Virus record (IMG/VR): IMGVR_UViG_3300033120_000925
Coordinates: 8,723-72,722 of that record
Strand: one strand, 5' to 3'
Origin: a virus
Lineage: Duplodnaviria > Caudoviricetes
Length of the DNA: 64,000 nt
Below the pieces are notes generated by a model, which worked only from the letters and a program-made list of their open reading frames with translations, ran no database searches and was not told the origin of the DNA. Below, in pieces: positions 1-10,127 of the stretch (its first letter is position 1; the number at the start of each line of letters is the position of its first letter). Both the position numbers and the translations under genes were made by a program.

Positions 1-195
1 AGAAAATCAATTCCAAAAATTGAATACTCTCCGGAGCTAAAACAGCGTCAAGTAGATTTACGTAAATTCCTCCGTTCGGTTCCGGAAATAAAATGGAAAG
101 AACTCCGCCCATTTGGGTTTGAAATAGATGTCGGAACAATTCCTGATTCCGCCGCCGAAGAATTCCTAAAAATAGCAAATTCTGTTAAAGTTTAG
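1..195 (+). CDS. 3' end of a hypothetical protein (runs off the window)
   Basis: Open frame 1 (RKSIPKIEYSPELK...ANSVKV) ending TAG 193-195. Confidence 0.6.
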   Translation, partial: RKSIPKIEYSPELKQRQVDLRKFLRSVPEIKWKELRPFGFEIDVGTIPDSAAEEFLKIANSVKV

Positions 196-320
196 CAAAA
201 TGCCATAAACCTAATTTATAACATAAAAAATAGGCTTTATGACAATTATCACTTTTTAATATGCTATAATACCTACATTTACTTTAATTAATTAATTAAC
301 CTAACCCCTAAAAATAAAAT

Positions 321-485
321 ATGTCAAAATTAAACATCGAACAGAAGAATTACATCAAAAGTCTTGACTCAAAAGAAGATCGTAAAGAAGTCAAAAAAGC
401 ATTCAAGAAATGCAATAAAGAAAAAGAAATTATCGACTCCGTGAAAGTTTTGAGGGAATTCTTCAAAAGTATATCTCCAAAATAA
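321..485 (+). CDS. small hypothetical protein (54 aa)
   Basis: ATG 321 after A-rich leader, MSKLNIEQKNYIK..., TAA 483-485 just before a terminator. Confidence 0.6.
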   Translation: MSKLNIEQKNYIKSLDSKEDRKEVKKAFKKCNKEKEIIDSVKVLREFFKSISPK

Positions 486-490
486 AATTA

Positions 491-520
491 AAAAGCCTCT
501 ACTTATTAGCAGAGGCTTTT
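491..520. terminator. bidirectional intrinsic terminator
   Basis: AAAAGCCTCT-N10-AGAGGCTTTT between convergent genes. Confidence 0.85.
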
Positions 521-523
521 CTT

Positions 524-3500
524 TTATGGGTTAATTTTCATTCTTCCAAAATTAGGAACGCCTGGAACTCCTTTTTTAGAACTTTTAGACTTTTCTTCAA
601 AATCAGGGTCTTTTCTTAATCCAAAACTTTCTACTATTCCTCCTTGGAAAAATCCGTTTAGGAAGCCACTCGTGTAGTAGTTAGTTTTGTCGTATTCTCC
701 TTTTACTAATCCTTTGTAAATTTGTTTTACATCTTTCGCTGCTCTTACAGGGCCGGGGAATTCAAATCGTTTTCCTAACATCGCTCCTAAATCTCCTGAA
801 GCCTCGCTTATTTTTACTTCATCATTTTCCGTATATCCTTTGGCATATTTTTCAAGTATTTTATAAGTATTTTTTTGATCGTCGAAGAAGTCTGCTTTTA
901 CATTAACCATTTTTGCAATATATCTTCCAAAATCTTTATCTTTAATAGCAAGTATCAAAACTACTGCGTCAGGAACAGTTTTGTCAAAATACTTTTTAGC
1001 CCACTTATTTTCTTTAAGCCATTTTTCTATTTCGTCGTCGGCTCCAGAAGCAGACATTCCCCCGATAATAGAAGCGGTTATTATTGCTCCCATAAGCATT
1101 GTGGCTGATGTACTTCTTAAATTCATACCTCGATATAATGACTCCTCCATATTTTTAATTCCTTCGTCGGTAGTTACATCAAGTTTTCCTGCCATTTTTA
1201 ATTGCATCACGTCATCTCGCAATGAAACTAAACTTAATGGATTGGCGCTTTTTTGAAGTCCTTTTACAAACCAGTTTGTTCCTCCTCCTACGAATGTAGA
1301 AATGAAATTTTTCCATATTATTTGATTAACAACTGCTCCTGCGGCATTACTCCATTTTTTTTCTTTTATGGCATCAGCAACTTTCTTTTCAATTTGAGCG
1401 CCTTTAGCTGATATTTGGTCAGTAACCCAGTTATTTGATACGTGGCCAATATCTTTTCCTGCTGATTTATATGCTGCGGCGTAAATTGCTTTTAGTTCGG
1501 TTTCCGTCAATTGTCCTCCGCTTACCAATGATTCTTTTACGATGTCGGCGGCGAGAGATTTTATAGATGATTCAGAATCGTTAAGCAGTTTTCTCCCTGC
1601 ATCTTCATTAACTTTTTCAATTAATGCTTTTGCTTTTACCAATGCTTCTTTCATAGAATCTCCGGTAATAGCTTTTGCCACATAGTCTAAAGCATCAGAA
1701 TTGCTCATTCCTTTTGCTTCTAAAACCTTGATTGTGGCACGAACCATTTTAGCTTCTGTAATCAATATTTTATTGTAACTATCCGCACCTTCCAATACGG
1801 GTTTAGCCATATAGGTAGAGATAATTGCGTGATACACTCTATTGGTAGTGGCATTATTGAAATAATCCTCAACAGCACTATGGTTTAGTAAAAGCGAAGA
1901 TGTATCTCCATAAGATTCCGCCGCTTCCAATGTAATACCTCTTAGTTTTGCTCTTGCGTTTATTTTAGATTGTGCTTTTATCGCTTTATTTGATGTTTTT
2001 TTACCACTTGCGATATTTGCCATTGCATCCATCATATTATTAGCGGCTCTTGCCATCATTCCGGAAGATATATTTTCAGCTAAATTCCCAAGATTTACCA
2101 ATTTAAAACGAGTGGATAAATTGGTAATTTCGCTTAATGCAACGGCAAGTTTAAATTTCCAATCTGCTTGTGAAAAAGCAAGCGTGGCTACTAATCGAGA
2201 TTGTCTTCTGCTTAAAGAGTTTACGGCACTTTTGATTTCAGTGTCCGAAAGTCCTGAATCCATTAAAACAGCATAACCTCTAGCTATCTCTTTCATTTCA
2301 TCGAACGCCATTTGGTCTAATCCATTAAATCCTAAAACACTATTGATGATTTTTTCGTAGCTATCTTTGTTTTTTTCGAATAATCCATAATTGTAAAGTT
2401 CAGCGAGTTTCTTGGCCGCCGATTTAGTATTTACAGGTTTTCTATCTGCATTTCTGTTTTGAAGTTCATTTAATCCTTTTTCGATAACGTCCGAAGTCAA
2501 TCTTACATACTCTCTCTCAAGAGCTTTTTTCATTTCGTTTATCTCGGCTTTGGAATATTTGCTTCCTTTGAGAGATTCCTCTACATTTTTACGGATATTA
2601 GAAATTGTTCCCGCTTCACCCGCAAGTTTTTTCCAATCTAATACGGTACGTTTTTCTTTTGTTTTTACATTTCTACCATCCGCATCTTTCACCAATTTAC
2701 CCGAAGCATCTCTTTCATTTTTAGTAACGGTTATTTCCCTGCTAAAACCTTTTTCTATCAACGCTTTTTTTACAATTTCCTTTACAGAATCTTGCTTTTC
2801 TTGGGCTTCTGTTTTTGGCTTGGCTTTTTTAATGGAATGTTCTTTTAAAATATCTGAAACATCTGTTTTGTTTATTCCTGGAAAGACTTCTTTGATGTCG
2901 TTGTAAACCTCGTTTACTATTTGTCGTGTGGTCATTCCACCAAGTTCTGCCAATAGTTTTGACAGTTTTATGATATGAGGAGCCACAGCCTGTAATTGGG
3001 CTGCATAAGGAATGGAAGACATCGCTGCGTTTCCTTTTGCTACTTTTAGCAGGTCTTTTCTCATTTGGGCCAAAACATTACTAATGTCTTTTTTTACGGC
3101 CTCTTTGTTTCTTTTTACAGTTGGTTCCTCAATAACAAAATCTTCATCACTTTCCTGATTTTCAGATTCATTATTTATGTCGTCAGGGCTAACTTGTATT
3201 AGTTTTTGAATTTTACCTTTGTCGTTTTTTTGCTTAGTAGTAAGTATTGCATTAGTAAATTCTTCTTCTGAAAATCCGTTTTTAGCCAATTCTCTAAATC
3301 TTTCAATTCTAAAACGACCTGCCCCCATAGCTCTTGCACTATTAGCTAAAAACTCTTGGGATTTGGCACGAACTAAATCTTGCAATTTCTGAACTCCTAC
3401 ATTTTTAGGAAATTCTTTTACTCTTGCATCCATTTCGTTTTCAAGCAATACATAAGCCACAGCTTTCTTTTCAGGGCTTAAATTAGCTTGTTCTATGAAT

Positions 3501-6500
3501 GATAAAGTTTTTTCTACATATTCTGCTCCAAACAATCTTTTTGCGTGTTCTATGGCTCTAATTCCAATTTGAACTCTCGCAAAATCTTTTTGAACTTCGT
3601 AGTCTTGGTTGTTTCTTGTTTCACCGTGTTCTCTTGCGATAGTTCGCCCACTATCGTATTGGTTAATTTCATCCGAACTTGGATCTAAATTCCAACTATC
3701 TCTGAAATCCTCCATATCTTTAGAAGATTCTTTAGATTCAGGTTTTTGTGGCTCGGCTTCCTTCTTAGGATTAATCCTTTCCTTTATTTCGTCGATGTTT
3801 ACGTCGAAATCAATGGTTTTTTTAAGGTGTTCAATAGTTTTTGAGATTGCTTCGTCAATATGTATTCCGGCGGCGATTGCTTGTTTTGCGATATTTGCAA
3901 TCACTTCTACAATGTCAATTCCGTTTTTGTTTAATCCCTCGATGTCGTCAACTTTTATCTTTATTCCAAAGATAGAGTCGATACCGTTTAAGGCATCTTT
4001 GATATTATCTACTTTGGCGTCGGATAGTTTTATCCTTTCGGCTATTTTTTCTTTGGTTGTGGGCTTTGGTTTTTCGGGAGAAAATAAAGGCACTGATTCT
4101 CCCGTTAATTCAGTATTAATTCTTTGCCATATAGTGAAATTATCTATGTTCTTTCCATTCCTTATTTCTTCTGCACGCTCAAGTCCTTTTGTAAGATTTT
4201 CTTCTTTTGTTTTTTCGCTAACGTGGTCTGCATACTTATCTTCTTTTCTGATTCCACGTTGTATTTTAGCCCAATCATCAGCAACTTTATTTAAAGCGTC
4301 ACTTAATCTTTTTCCTGAAACTTGTTCGCCTGTATGTGTTGTAAATTTTAAATCCTCTACACCACCTTCTTTTTTATTTGACAGAGGCACATTAGTGTCC
4401 CCCTGTGCAATTTCCACGATTTTACCTTTTACATCATCGTAAAATTTGCCAAACGCTTCTTTCGTAGATAATTCTCCTTTTGGGTCGTATTTATCCCTGA
4501 AGGATTTTGACGTTTCGCTTGAAACCCCCTGAATATTTTTAATTTTATCAAAAGCCTCATCAACTGATTTACTTTCATTGACTACTTTTTCAAATTCAGC
4601 AAAAGGACTTACTTCAACATCTCCTTTTGATTTAGGTTGGGGAGTTTCGGCGGTTTTTTTAAGTTCAATACTATAATTTTTTATTTCATTTTTTAAATCC
4701 TGAAAATACTTTACTGTTTCTTCTCCTTTTTTCTGCGCTATTCCATTAAGCATAACCTTAACTTTATCATAAAGCACATCCAGTGCTTTTAAATCATTTT
4801 CTGATTTTGCTCTCTGAAACTCTTTATCCCAAGAATTATTATTTCCACCTACCGAAGCATCTCCCTTAACTTCTCCACCGTCAACGGAACTCGGTACACT
4901 ACTTTTTGAATTACTTTTTGGCTTGGCGTTTCCACTTTCTCCCACATTTGAAGCTCCAAGTTGAACGTTTCCATCAATAGGAGTATTTGTTTCCGGTGTT
5001 GCTTCATTTCTTGGGTTATTTTCTATGAAATTATTTTTATAAGCACTATTCCTTCCTCCTTTGTTTTGAGAATCTTTTATTACTACAGTTTCATTTGTGC
5101 TTGGTGCGTGTAAAACACTTTCTCCTTGAATAGTTTTACCCACTTCGAACCATCCGTTCCCTTCATTTTTAACTCCATCAACTAAAGCCTTATCCCAATG
5201 CTCCTGATTATTAATAATTTTTTCAGTTATTTCAGGCTCATTATCAATATTTGCATCTTTAATATCTACAGCCTGTGCGTTTTCCAAAGAAGGAGTTTTT
5301 GTAAAATTATATTTTCGCCCCTCAACACTCGGAGCAACTACATCTTCTACTGGAGGTGTTTCTACTTTCTCTGCTTCGGCTTGTTGTGGTACTTCGGCTT
5401 GTGGTTGGGCTTCTGGAGTAGGGGGAGTTTGCTCATTGGTTTCGTTTATGATGGTTGTATTTTCGTCGTCAAGAGTTTTGTATTCTTCTTTCAATCCGTC
5501 AAGAACAGTTTTTTTAGCGACATCATCTAGTTCGAAATCTTCTTTTACATCAACGGCTTTTTGTTGTATTTCGGATATTTTTTTGCTATTCTCATAAACT
5601 GTTTCTATTTTTTCCAATGGCATTTCTCCCATTTTATCAATAGTTTTGTTTATGATTTCAGAACTTTCCTTGGTCGCTTTAGTTATTTGCTGTTCAATTA
5701 CTGTTTTGGTCGCTTCGCTAATGTTTTCGTTATCCAATTGCTTCGATAATTCCGCTATTTTTTTGGCGTTGATGTCCATTGCTTTTACATTGGCTTTGTC
5801 TGTAAAAGTTTTCACCGCTGAAATAGCAACGTGAGGAATTGCTCCGGTTGCGCCTATCATTCCCGTAAGCAAAGCAGTGTCTTTTAATGTCTTGATGGAA
5901 TTGTCAAAATAACCTACTTTTTTATCCCCAAGAATATCCCTGTTTATGGCATTTTGAACGATATTGTCGGCCAATTCCGTGGACATTTCTTTTCCGGTAT
6001 CTTTAGCTATGTTTTTCGCAATGCTTTTTCCAGTAGTTTTTATTGCTTGGTCAATTAACTCCTTTCCTGCCGTTTCTTTTAAAGCGGAACGCCACACGTT
6101 TGCACTGTTTCTTAAAGTAGATATAGTAGGAAGTTCGGATAAAATAGCCGTGGATAGCCCACTAACAAACGGAGTAATTGCCATCTGTGCAGGAGTATAG
6201 TTTTTCCCGTTCTTTTGAGCCTGAAACATTTCAGAATATTTATCTCCGGCGCCTTCAACTCCTAAAAGAGCTGCTCCAAAAATACCTCCGGTAGCAACTT
6301 GTGACAGAGTTCCCGTTTGGTTTGCTAATAAGTCTGTAGAGTATTGAAAGAAATTATCTAAAGTTATCTCTTTGTTGTCAGGACGAAAACTATCTTTTTT
6401 TTCTTGAAGAAATTCTTTTGCTTCCTTGATTCCTTCTTGTTTGTATTCTTCATTTGCGCCGAGCATATTGGCAACGTAATTGGCTCCTGAATACAAACTT

Positions 6501-7537
6501 ACTCCCGCATTGGCTATTGATGAAACAGCCCTCGAAACAGTATTGTCAAAAGCATTGTAGTTTCTTTTAAACGCATCAAATTCGTCTTGTGCCGTACCCA
6601 ATTCGCTATTAGTTGTGGTGAATTTTTTATAGTCAGAATCTAAATATTTTATGATTTTATTTCGCTCATTTGTCAGTTCTAATCTGTCGTTTTCAGAAAG
6701 ATTGGAGTTTTCTAAATCCGCCGTCAATTGCTCAAAATACGTTTGATTTAAACCTATTCTATTAGTAATATCCTTTTTGTCCTTGGATAGTGTTTTAAAT
6801 CTTTCGTCGGCATCAATTTTTAATGTAGATTTAGTTTGCGGATCAACATTTTCAAGGTAAGTATTTATTTTCTGTTGCTTTTTCTCCAAATTTATATTGT
6901 CAACGTAAATTTGCTTGGCCTTGGCGTTAATGTCTTCTTTTTTAGGACTTTTAATACCTTCCATCTTCAATGACTCAATTGCTTCTTTTTTCTCGTCGGC
7001 AAAAGGGTCTGTGTTTATTTTTAAGTCTTCTGGAGTAGCGCCTTCATCTGTCATTTTTAAAACAAAATCACTGGCAGTATTCAAAAAATCTTTCGTACCG
7101 GCTTTGATGTTATTCCAAATACCTTCTTGGTTGGTTTTTGCTAATAAATCAGCTTGAGTATCTTGTTTTTCCTGTTCAGAAAGTTTGGTGTTTGCTCGGT
7201 ATTTTAAGATTTCTTTCTTCTGTAATTCCTTTCTTTTGGCAATATTTTCAGGAGAATTTATTACAGCCTCAACTTTTTTATTTACTTTAGGCAATGGAAT
7301 TTCAGGCGAATTCATTTTTTTTAAATCCACCGGAGAAAAACCGTCAAAACTCTTAATACTAGATTTTACTCCACCCGAAGAACCAGTAGGAGTTCCCGAA
7401 CCCGATTTTTGAGGAGTTGAAGTAGGTTTCGATTCGTCTTTTTTTTTTAATTCTACACTATCAGTAGGAGGAACGAATGTGTCACTATTTGATTTTGCAG
7501 TTACTTTTCCATCTGTAGGCGGTATGAACTCTCCCAT
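524..7537 (-). CDS. very large putative internal virion/ejection protein (2337 aa)
   Basis: Last and largest gene of the structural arm; helical/low-complexity with a central PEAQ linker; the position is typical of podovirus core proteins; no catalytic motif recognised. Confidence 0.65.
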   Translation of the reverse strand: MGEFIPPTDGKVTAKSNSDTFVPPTDSVELKKKDESKPTSTPQKSGSGTPTGSSGGVKSSIKSFDGFSPVDLKKMNSPEIPLPKVNKKVEAVINSPENIAKRKELQKKEILKYRANTKLSEQEKQDTQADLLAKTNQEGIWNNIKAGTKDFLNTASDFVLKMTDEGATPEDLKINTDPFADEKKEAIESLKMEGIKSPKKEDINAKAKQIYVDNINLEKKQQKINTYLENVDPQTKSTLKIDADERFKTLSKDKKDITNRIGLNQTYFEQLTADLENSNLSENDRLELTNERNKIIKYLDSDYKKFTTTNSELGTAQDEFDAFKRNYNAFDNTVSRAVSSIANAGVSLYSGANYVANMLGANEEYKQEGIKEAKEFLQEKKDSFRPDNKEITLDNFFQYSTDLLANQTGTLSQVATGGIFGAALLGVEGAGDKYSEMFQAQKNGKNYTPAQMAITPFVSGLSTAILSELPTISTLRNSANVWRSALKETAGKELIDQAIKTTGKSIAKNIAKDTGKEMSTELADNIVQNAINRDILGDKKVGYFDNSIKTLKDTALLTGMIGATGAIPHVAISAVKTFTDKANVKAMDINAKKIAELSKQLDNENISEATKTVIEQQITKATKESSEIINKTIDKMGEMPLEKIETVYENSKKISEIQQKAVDVKEDFELDDVAKKTVLDGLKEEYKTLDDENTTIINETNEQTPPTPEAQPQAEVPQQAEAEKVETPPVEDVVAPSVEGRKYNFTKTPSLENAQAVDIKDANIDNEPEITEKIINNQEHWDKALVDGVKNEGNGWFEVGKTIQGESVLHAPSTNETVVIKDSQNKGGRNSAYKNNFIENNPRNEATPETNTPIDGNVQLGASNVGESGNAKPKSNSKSSVPSSVDGGEVKGDASVGGNNNSWDKEFQRAKSENDLKALDVLYDKVKVMLNGIAQKKGEETVKYFQDLKNEIKNYSIELKKTAETPQPKSKGDVEVSPFAEFEKVVNESKSVDEAFDKIKNIQGVSSETSKSFRDKYDPKGELSTKEAFGKFYDDVKGKIVEIAQGDTNVPLSNKKEGGVEDLKFTTHTGEQVSGKRLSDALNKVADDWAKIQRGIRKEDKYADHVSEKTKEENLTKGLERAEEIRNGKNIDNFTIWQRINTELTGESVPLFSPEKPKPTTKEKIAERIKLSDAKVDNIKDALNGIDSIFGIKIKVDDIEGLNKNGIDIVEVIANIAKQAIAAGIHIDEAISKTIEHLKKTIDFDVNIDEIKERINPKKEAEPQKPESKESSKDMEDFRDSWNLDPSSDEINQYDSGRTIAREHGETRNNQDYEVQKDFARVQIGIRAIEHAKRLFGAEYVEKTLSFIEQANLSPEKKAVAYVLLENEMDARVKEFPKNVGVQKLQDLVRAKSQEFLANSARAMGAGRFRIERFRELAKNGFSEEEFTNAILTTKQKNDKGKIQKLIQVSPDDINNESENQESDEDFVIEEPTVKRNKEAVKKDISNVLAQMRKDLLKVAKGNAAMSSIPYAAQLQAVAPHIIKLSKLLAELGGMTTRQIVNEVYNDIKEVFPGINKTDVSDILKEHSIKKAKPKTEAQEKQDSVKEIVKKALIEKGFSREITVTKNERDASGKLVKDADGRNVKTKEKRTVLDWKKLAGEAGTISNIRKNVEESLKGSKYSKAEINEMKKALEREYVRLTSDVIEKGLNELQNRNADRKPVNTKSAAKKLAELYNYGLFEKNKDSYEKIINSVLGFNGLDQMAFDEMKEIARGYAVLMDSGLSDTEIKSAVNSLSRRQSRLVATLAFSQADWKFKLAVALSEITNLSTRFKLVNLGNLAENISSGMMARAANNMMDAMANIASGKKTSNKAIKAQSKINARAKLRGITLEAAESYGDTSSLLLNHSAVEDYFNNATTNRVYHAIISTYMAKPVLEGADSYNKILITEAKMVRATIKVLEAKGMSNSDALDYVAKAITGDSMKEALVKAKALIEKVNEDAGRKLLNDSESSIKSLAADIVKESLVSGGQLTETELKAIYAAAYKSAGKDIGHVSNNWVTDQISAKGAQIEKKVADAIKEKKWSNAAGAVVNQIIWKNFISTFVGGGTNWFVKGLQKSANPLSLVSLRDDVMQLKMAGKLDVTTDEGIKNMEESLYRGMNLRSTSATMLMGAIITASIIGGMSASGADDEIEKWLKENKWAKKYFDKTVPDAVVLILAIKDKDFGRYIAKMVNVKADFFDDQKNTYKILEKYAKGYTENDEVKISEASGDLGAMLGKRFEFPGPVRAAKDVKQIYKGLVKGEYDKTNYYTSGFLNGFFQGGIVESFGLRKDPDFEEKSKSSKKGVPGVPNFGRMKINP

Positions 7538-7540
7538 TTT

Positions 7541-8887
7541 TTAGTTTTTAGTATATGTATTTCCGTCTAATCCAACTAGTTTTTGACCTTTTTTTAACTT
7601 CGCCCACGAAGCATTCCATTGAGCTTGTGTTTGCTTTGGAGTTTCCTTTACTACTGGTTTGGTAGAAGGAGTTTTCGAATTAACTTTTGTAGAAGTTCTT
7701 ATAACCTTGAATGAACCAGCAGGCCAATCTTCGCTAGTCATATTTTTACCTTTGTTTTCAGGTTTAGAATAGAAATCTTTTTTAGCTTTGGCGCCAATAT
7801 CTGTAAATTTATATTCTGTAGTTCCTACGGTAACGGTATTTTTGTCTAGTTGTTTTTCGTTGAATTCCTTGGCTTTAAAATCATTCGCTATTTTATCTTG
7901 ACCTTTTTCATAATCAAACTTCATTTGGTCTAAATATGGTTTTTCCGATGTCGTTGTAGGCGTGGTTTCCATCAAAAGTCCTTTATAATAATCGGCTACC
8001 TTCGCTAAAACTTCTGGATTCTTGTAATTAGATTCGTCATCCGGATCAATTTTTAATTCCGGCATTTGCTCTATTGCAGAGTAAACAGCACTGTGGTTTT
8101 GAATAAGTTCTTGTGCTTTGGCCGTGGCCACTTTTTCTGCTCCTGGATATGTAGTTGTAGTAATTTCTTTGTTCCCTACTATTTTTGGAGTTACCGTTGC
8201 TTTGCCTACGTTTTTTTGATACTGTTCAATCAATCCTTTTTCTCCCGAAATATCAAATTTAGGCTCCACGGTAAGTAAGTCCGTAATTTGTTTGGAATTT
8301 AATTTACTGTAGAGAATTTTTGACACATTTCCGTTTTCATCTCTATCTACCAATGTATAAACTGCACGTCCGTTTTCGTCGTTTTCCTGCATCAAATCTC
8401 CTTTAGCCATCTTGTCTAAGATAGCTTTCTTTTTGGACATACTAGAAGGGCTGTAGCCCGCTTCATTTTTTTTCCAATCTTCCATTTTTAACGCTAATGC
8501 TTTAGGCATTTCGTTAAGATTGTTGATGCTTGATTTTGCGTTTTCGGCTACGGCAAGATATTTTTTATCGCCGGTTTTACGGTAATTGTCCTGCGCTTCT
8601 AAATATGATTTTTGAGCATTGTCAATAGCTTGTCGATTAGCTCCATCGATACTTGTCCCTGTGGCAATAAACGGGTATTTCGAACTAAACTCCATAGAAT
8701 CATTGAAATCCCTTCTTCTTTGCTCTTGTAAGTTTTGCTCATCTGCAATACGTGTTCTCTCGTCCGCTATACGTTGAGCATTTTGCCTATACATACTATC
8801 TTGTACGTTAGACATTGCTTCTCCTAAATAATTTCTTGTAGGGCCTACTGTTGCGTAACCTGCTTCTCCGCCTATAACTCCTGCCAT
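7541..8887 (-). CDS. putative internal virion (ejection) protein
   Basis: Between the tail genes and the giant protein; Gly/Ala N-terminus then Q/R-rich helix. Confidence 0.55.
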   Translation of the reverse strand: MAGVIGGEAGYATVGPTRNYLGEAMSNVQDSMYRQNAQRIADERTRIADEQNLQEQRRRDFNDSMEFSSKYPFIATGTSIDGANRQAIDNAQKSYLEAQDNYRKTGDKKYLAVAENAKSSINNLNEMPKALALKMEDWKKNEAGYSPSSMSKKKAILDKMAKGDLMQENDENGRAVYTLVDRDENGNVSKILYSKLNSKQITDLLTVEPKFDISGEKGLIEQYQKNVGKATVTPKIVGNKEITTTTYPGAEKVATAKAQELIQNHSAVYSAIEQMPELKIDPDDESNYKNPEVLAKVADYYKGLLMETTPTTTSEKPYLDQMKFDYEKGQDKIANDFKAKEFNEKQLDKNTVTVGTTEYKFTDIGAKAKKDFYSKPENKGKNMTSEDWPAGSFKVIRTSTKVNSKTPSTKPVVKETPKQTQAQWNASWAKLKKGQKLVGLDGNTYTKN

Positions 8888-8890
8888 AAT

Positions 8891-9583
8891 TTATCCGTTT
8901 TTAGGTCGTGTTGATGATATTCCTGCTCCCATTGAAGCAAAATCATATTTCTTTTTAACTCCTTTAAACTTATTTAATATATCTGAATTATCAGTATTTA
9001 CAAGTCCGCTTGGAGTTATTTCAGAAACAGAAGTTAATTTTGCATTTGGAGTTTTGGGCGTTCCTGCTAATTTTCCAGAACCCGATGCTGCGCCTGCCGC
9101 CATACCAAATCCTTGCATCATATTCCCCATACCTTGTGCTTGTGCGTCTTGCGCTCCTGCGTATTGAGAACTTAGCGCGGCTAGTTTCGCTTGTTGTCGT
9201 TGCTCTTTAGTCATCTGGATTCGGCCTTCATCTTGGGCTTTCATCATATCGATGTTCTTTTGTTGAGCGTCCAAGTCGGCGGCGATGTTTGCATTTACGT
9301 TTTGGTTTTGCGCCGAAACTCGACCTACACCAACGCCTAATGCTCTCGATCCTGCATCAGCCAAAGCGCTTGTTTGAGTGGCGGCCAATCTCGCTTGTTC
9401 CTCTTTCTGCAAATCAGAACCAAGCGTAGAAACTTGTAATCCATCTGCGATATTAGTGAGTTTCACTTCTTTTTGATTGGCAATTTCTTGCGCTATTTTT
9501 TTCTTTTGTTTACCGGCACTTATTGCGTTTATTCCACCCATTATCGCCGATGCTCCACCTACTCCTACGGCCACCCAAGTCAA
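8891..9583 (-). CDS. putative internal virion/pilot protein
   Basis: MTWVAVGVGGASAIMGGINA Gly/Ala-rich N-terminus and Q/A-rich coiled coil, typical of podoviral ejection proteins. Confidence 0.6.
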   Translation of the reverse strand: MTWVAVGVGGASAIMGGINAISAGKQKKKIAQEIANQKEVKLTNIADGLQVSTLGSDLQKEEQARLAATQTSALADAGSRALGVGVGRVSAQNQNVNANIAADLDAQQKNIDMMKAQDEGRIQMTKEQRQQAKLAALSSQYAGAQDAQAQGMGNMMQGFGMAAGAASGSGKLAGTPKTPNAKLTSVSEITPSGLVNTDNSDILNKFKGVKKKYDFASMGAGISSTRPKNG

Positions 9584-9618
9584 AGCGTATGTTTTTTAAG
9601 GTTATTTTTCATCTTTTT

Positions 9619-10071
9619 TTATTTTAAAAGTTTTTTTATCCTGTTTTTCATTTCCAAAGACAAACACGGGTTGTCGTGCTTCTCTATAATTCTTTCTCCT
9701 ATTTGCTCTACCGTTTCGTTTTCAGGATTGGGGTGAGAAGTCGCCCAAATACAATCTTCTAATATGTACAAAACTCTACGTGTATTAGGTTCAGTAATTC
9801 CGATGTACGGCGCTTCAATTAAATGCTCCACTCCATCTATCCACACAATACACTTTCCTTTCATTACAAAATAAGTGTGTTGTGTTTTATGTATTTTTGA
9901 CGTAATCAACGAACCTGCTGGCATAAATATCTCTCTTACATAAAGCCCTTCTGTAAATCTATGCGTAACAGGACAATCCACAATCGGTAAATTTTCCAAC
10001 ATTACCGCTTCTAATTCATCGATTTTATGAGTTAGCGTTTGTTTAGCTATCGTCTTTGAGTTCAATTCCAT
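9619..10071 (-). CDS. cupin-fold phage protein
   Basis: HRFTEGLYVREIFMPAGSLITSKIHKTQH cupin-like motif. Confidence 0.6.
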   Translation of the reverse strand: MELNSKTIAKQTLTHKIDELEAVMLENLPIVDCPVTHRFTEGLYVREIFMPAGSLITSKIHKTQHTYFVMKGKCIVWIDGVEHLIEAPYIGITEPNTRRVLYILEDCIWATSHPNPENETVEQIGERIIEKHDNPCLSLEMKNRIKKLLK

Positions 10072-10085
10072 TCAAATAATTTTAA

Positions 10086-10127
10086 CAAAGATAAAAATAA
10101 AACAATTACAAATGTTTGTTGTCGTTT
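10086..10127 (-). promoter_or_regulatory. late-type promoter (operator motif + N15 + TAnnTTTG)
   Basis: + strand CAAAGATA 10086-10093, 15 bp, then CAAATGTTTGTTGTCGTTT. Confidence 0.7.
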
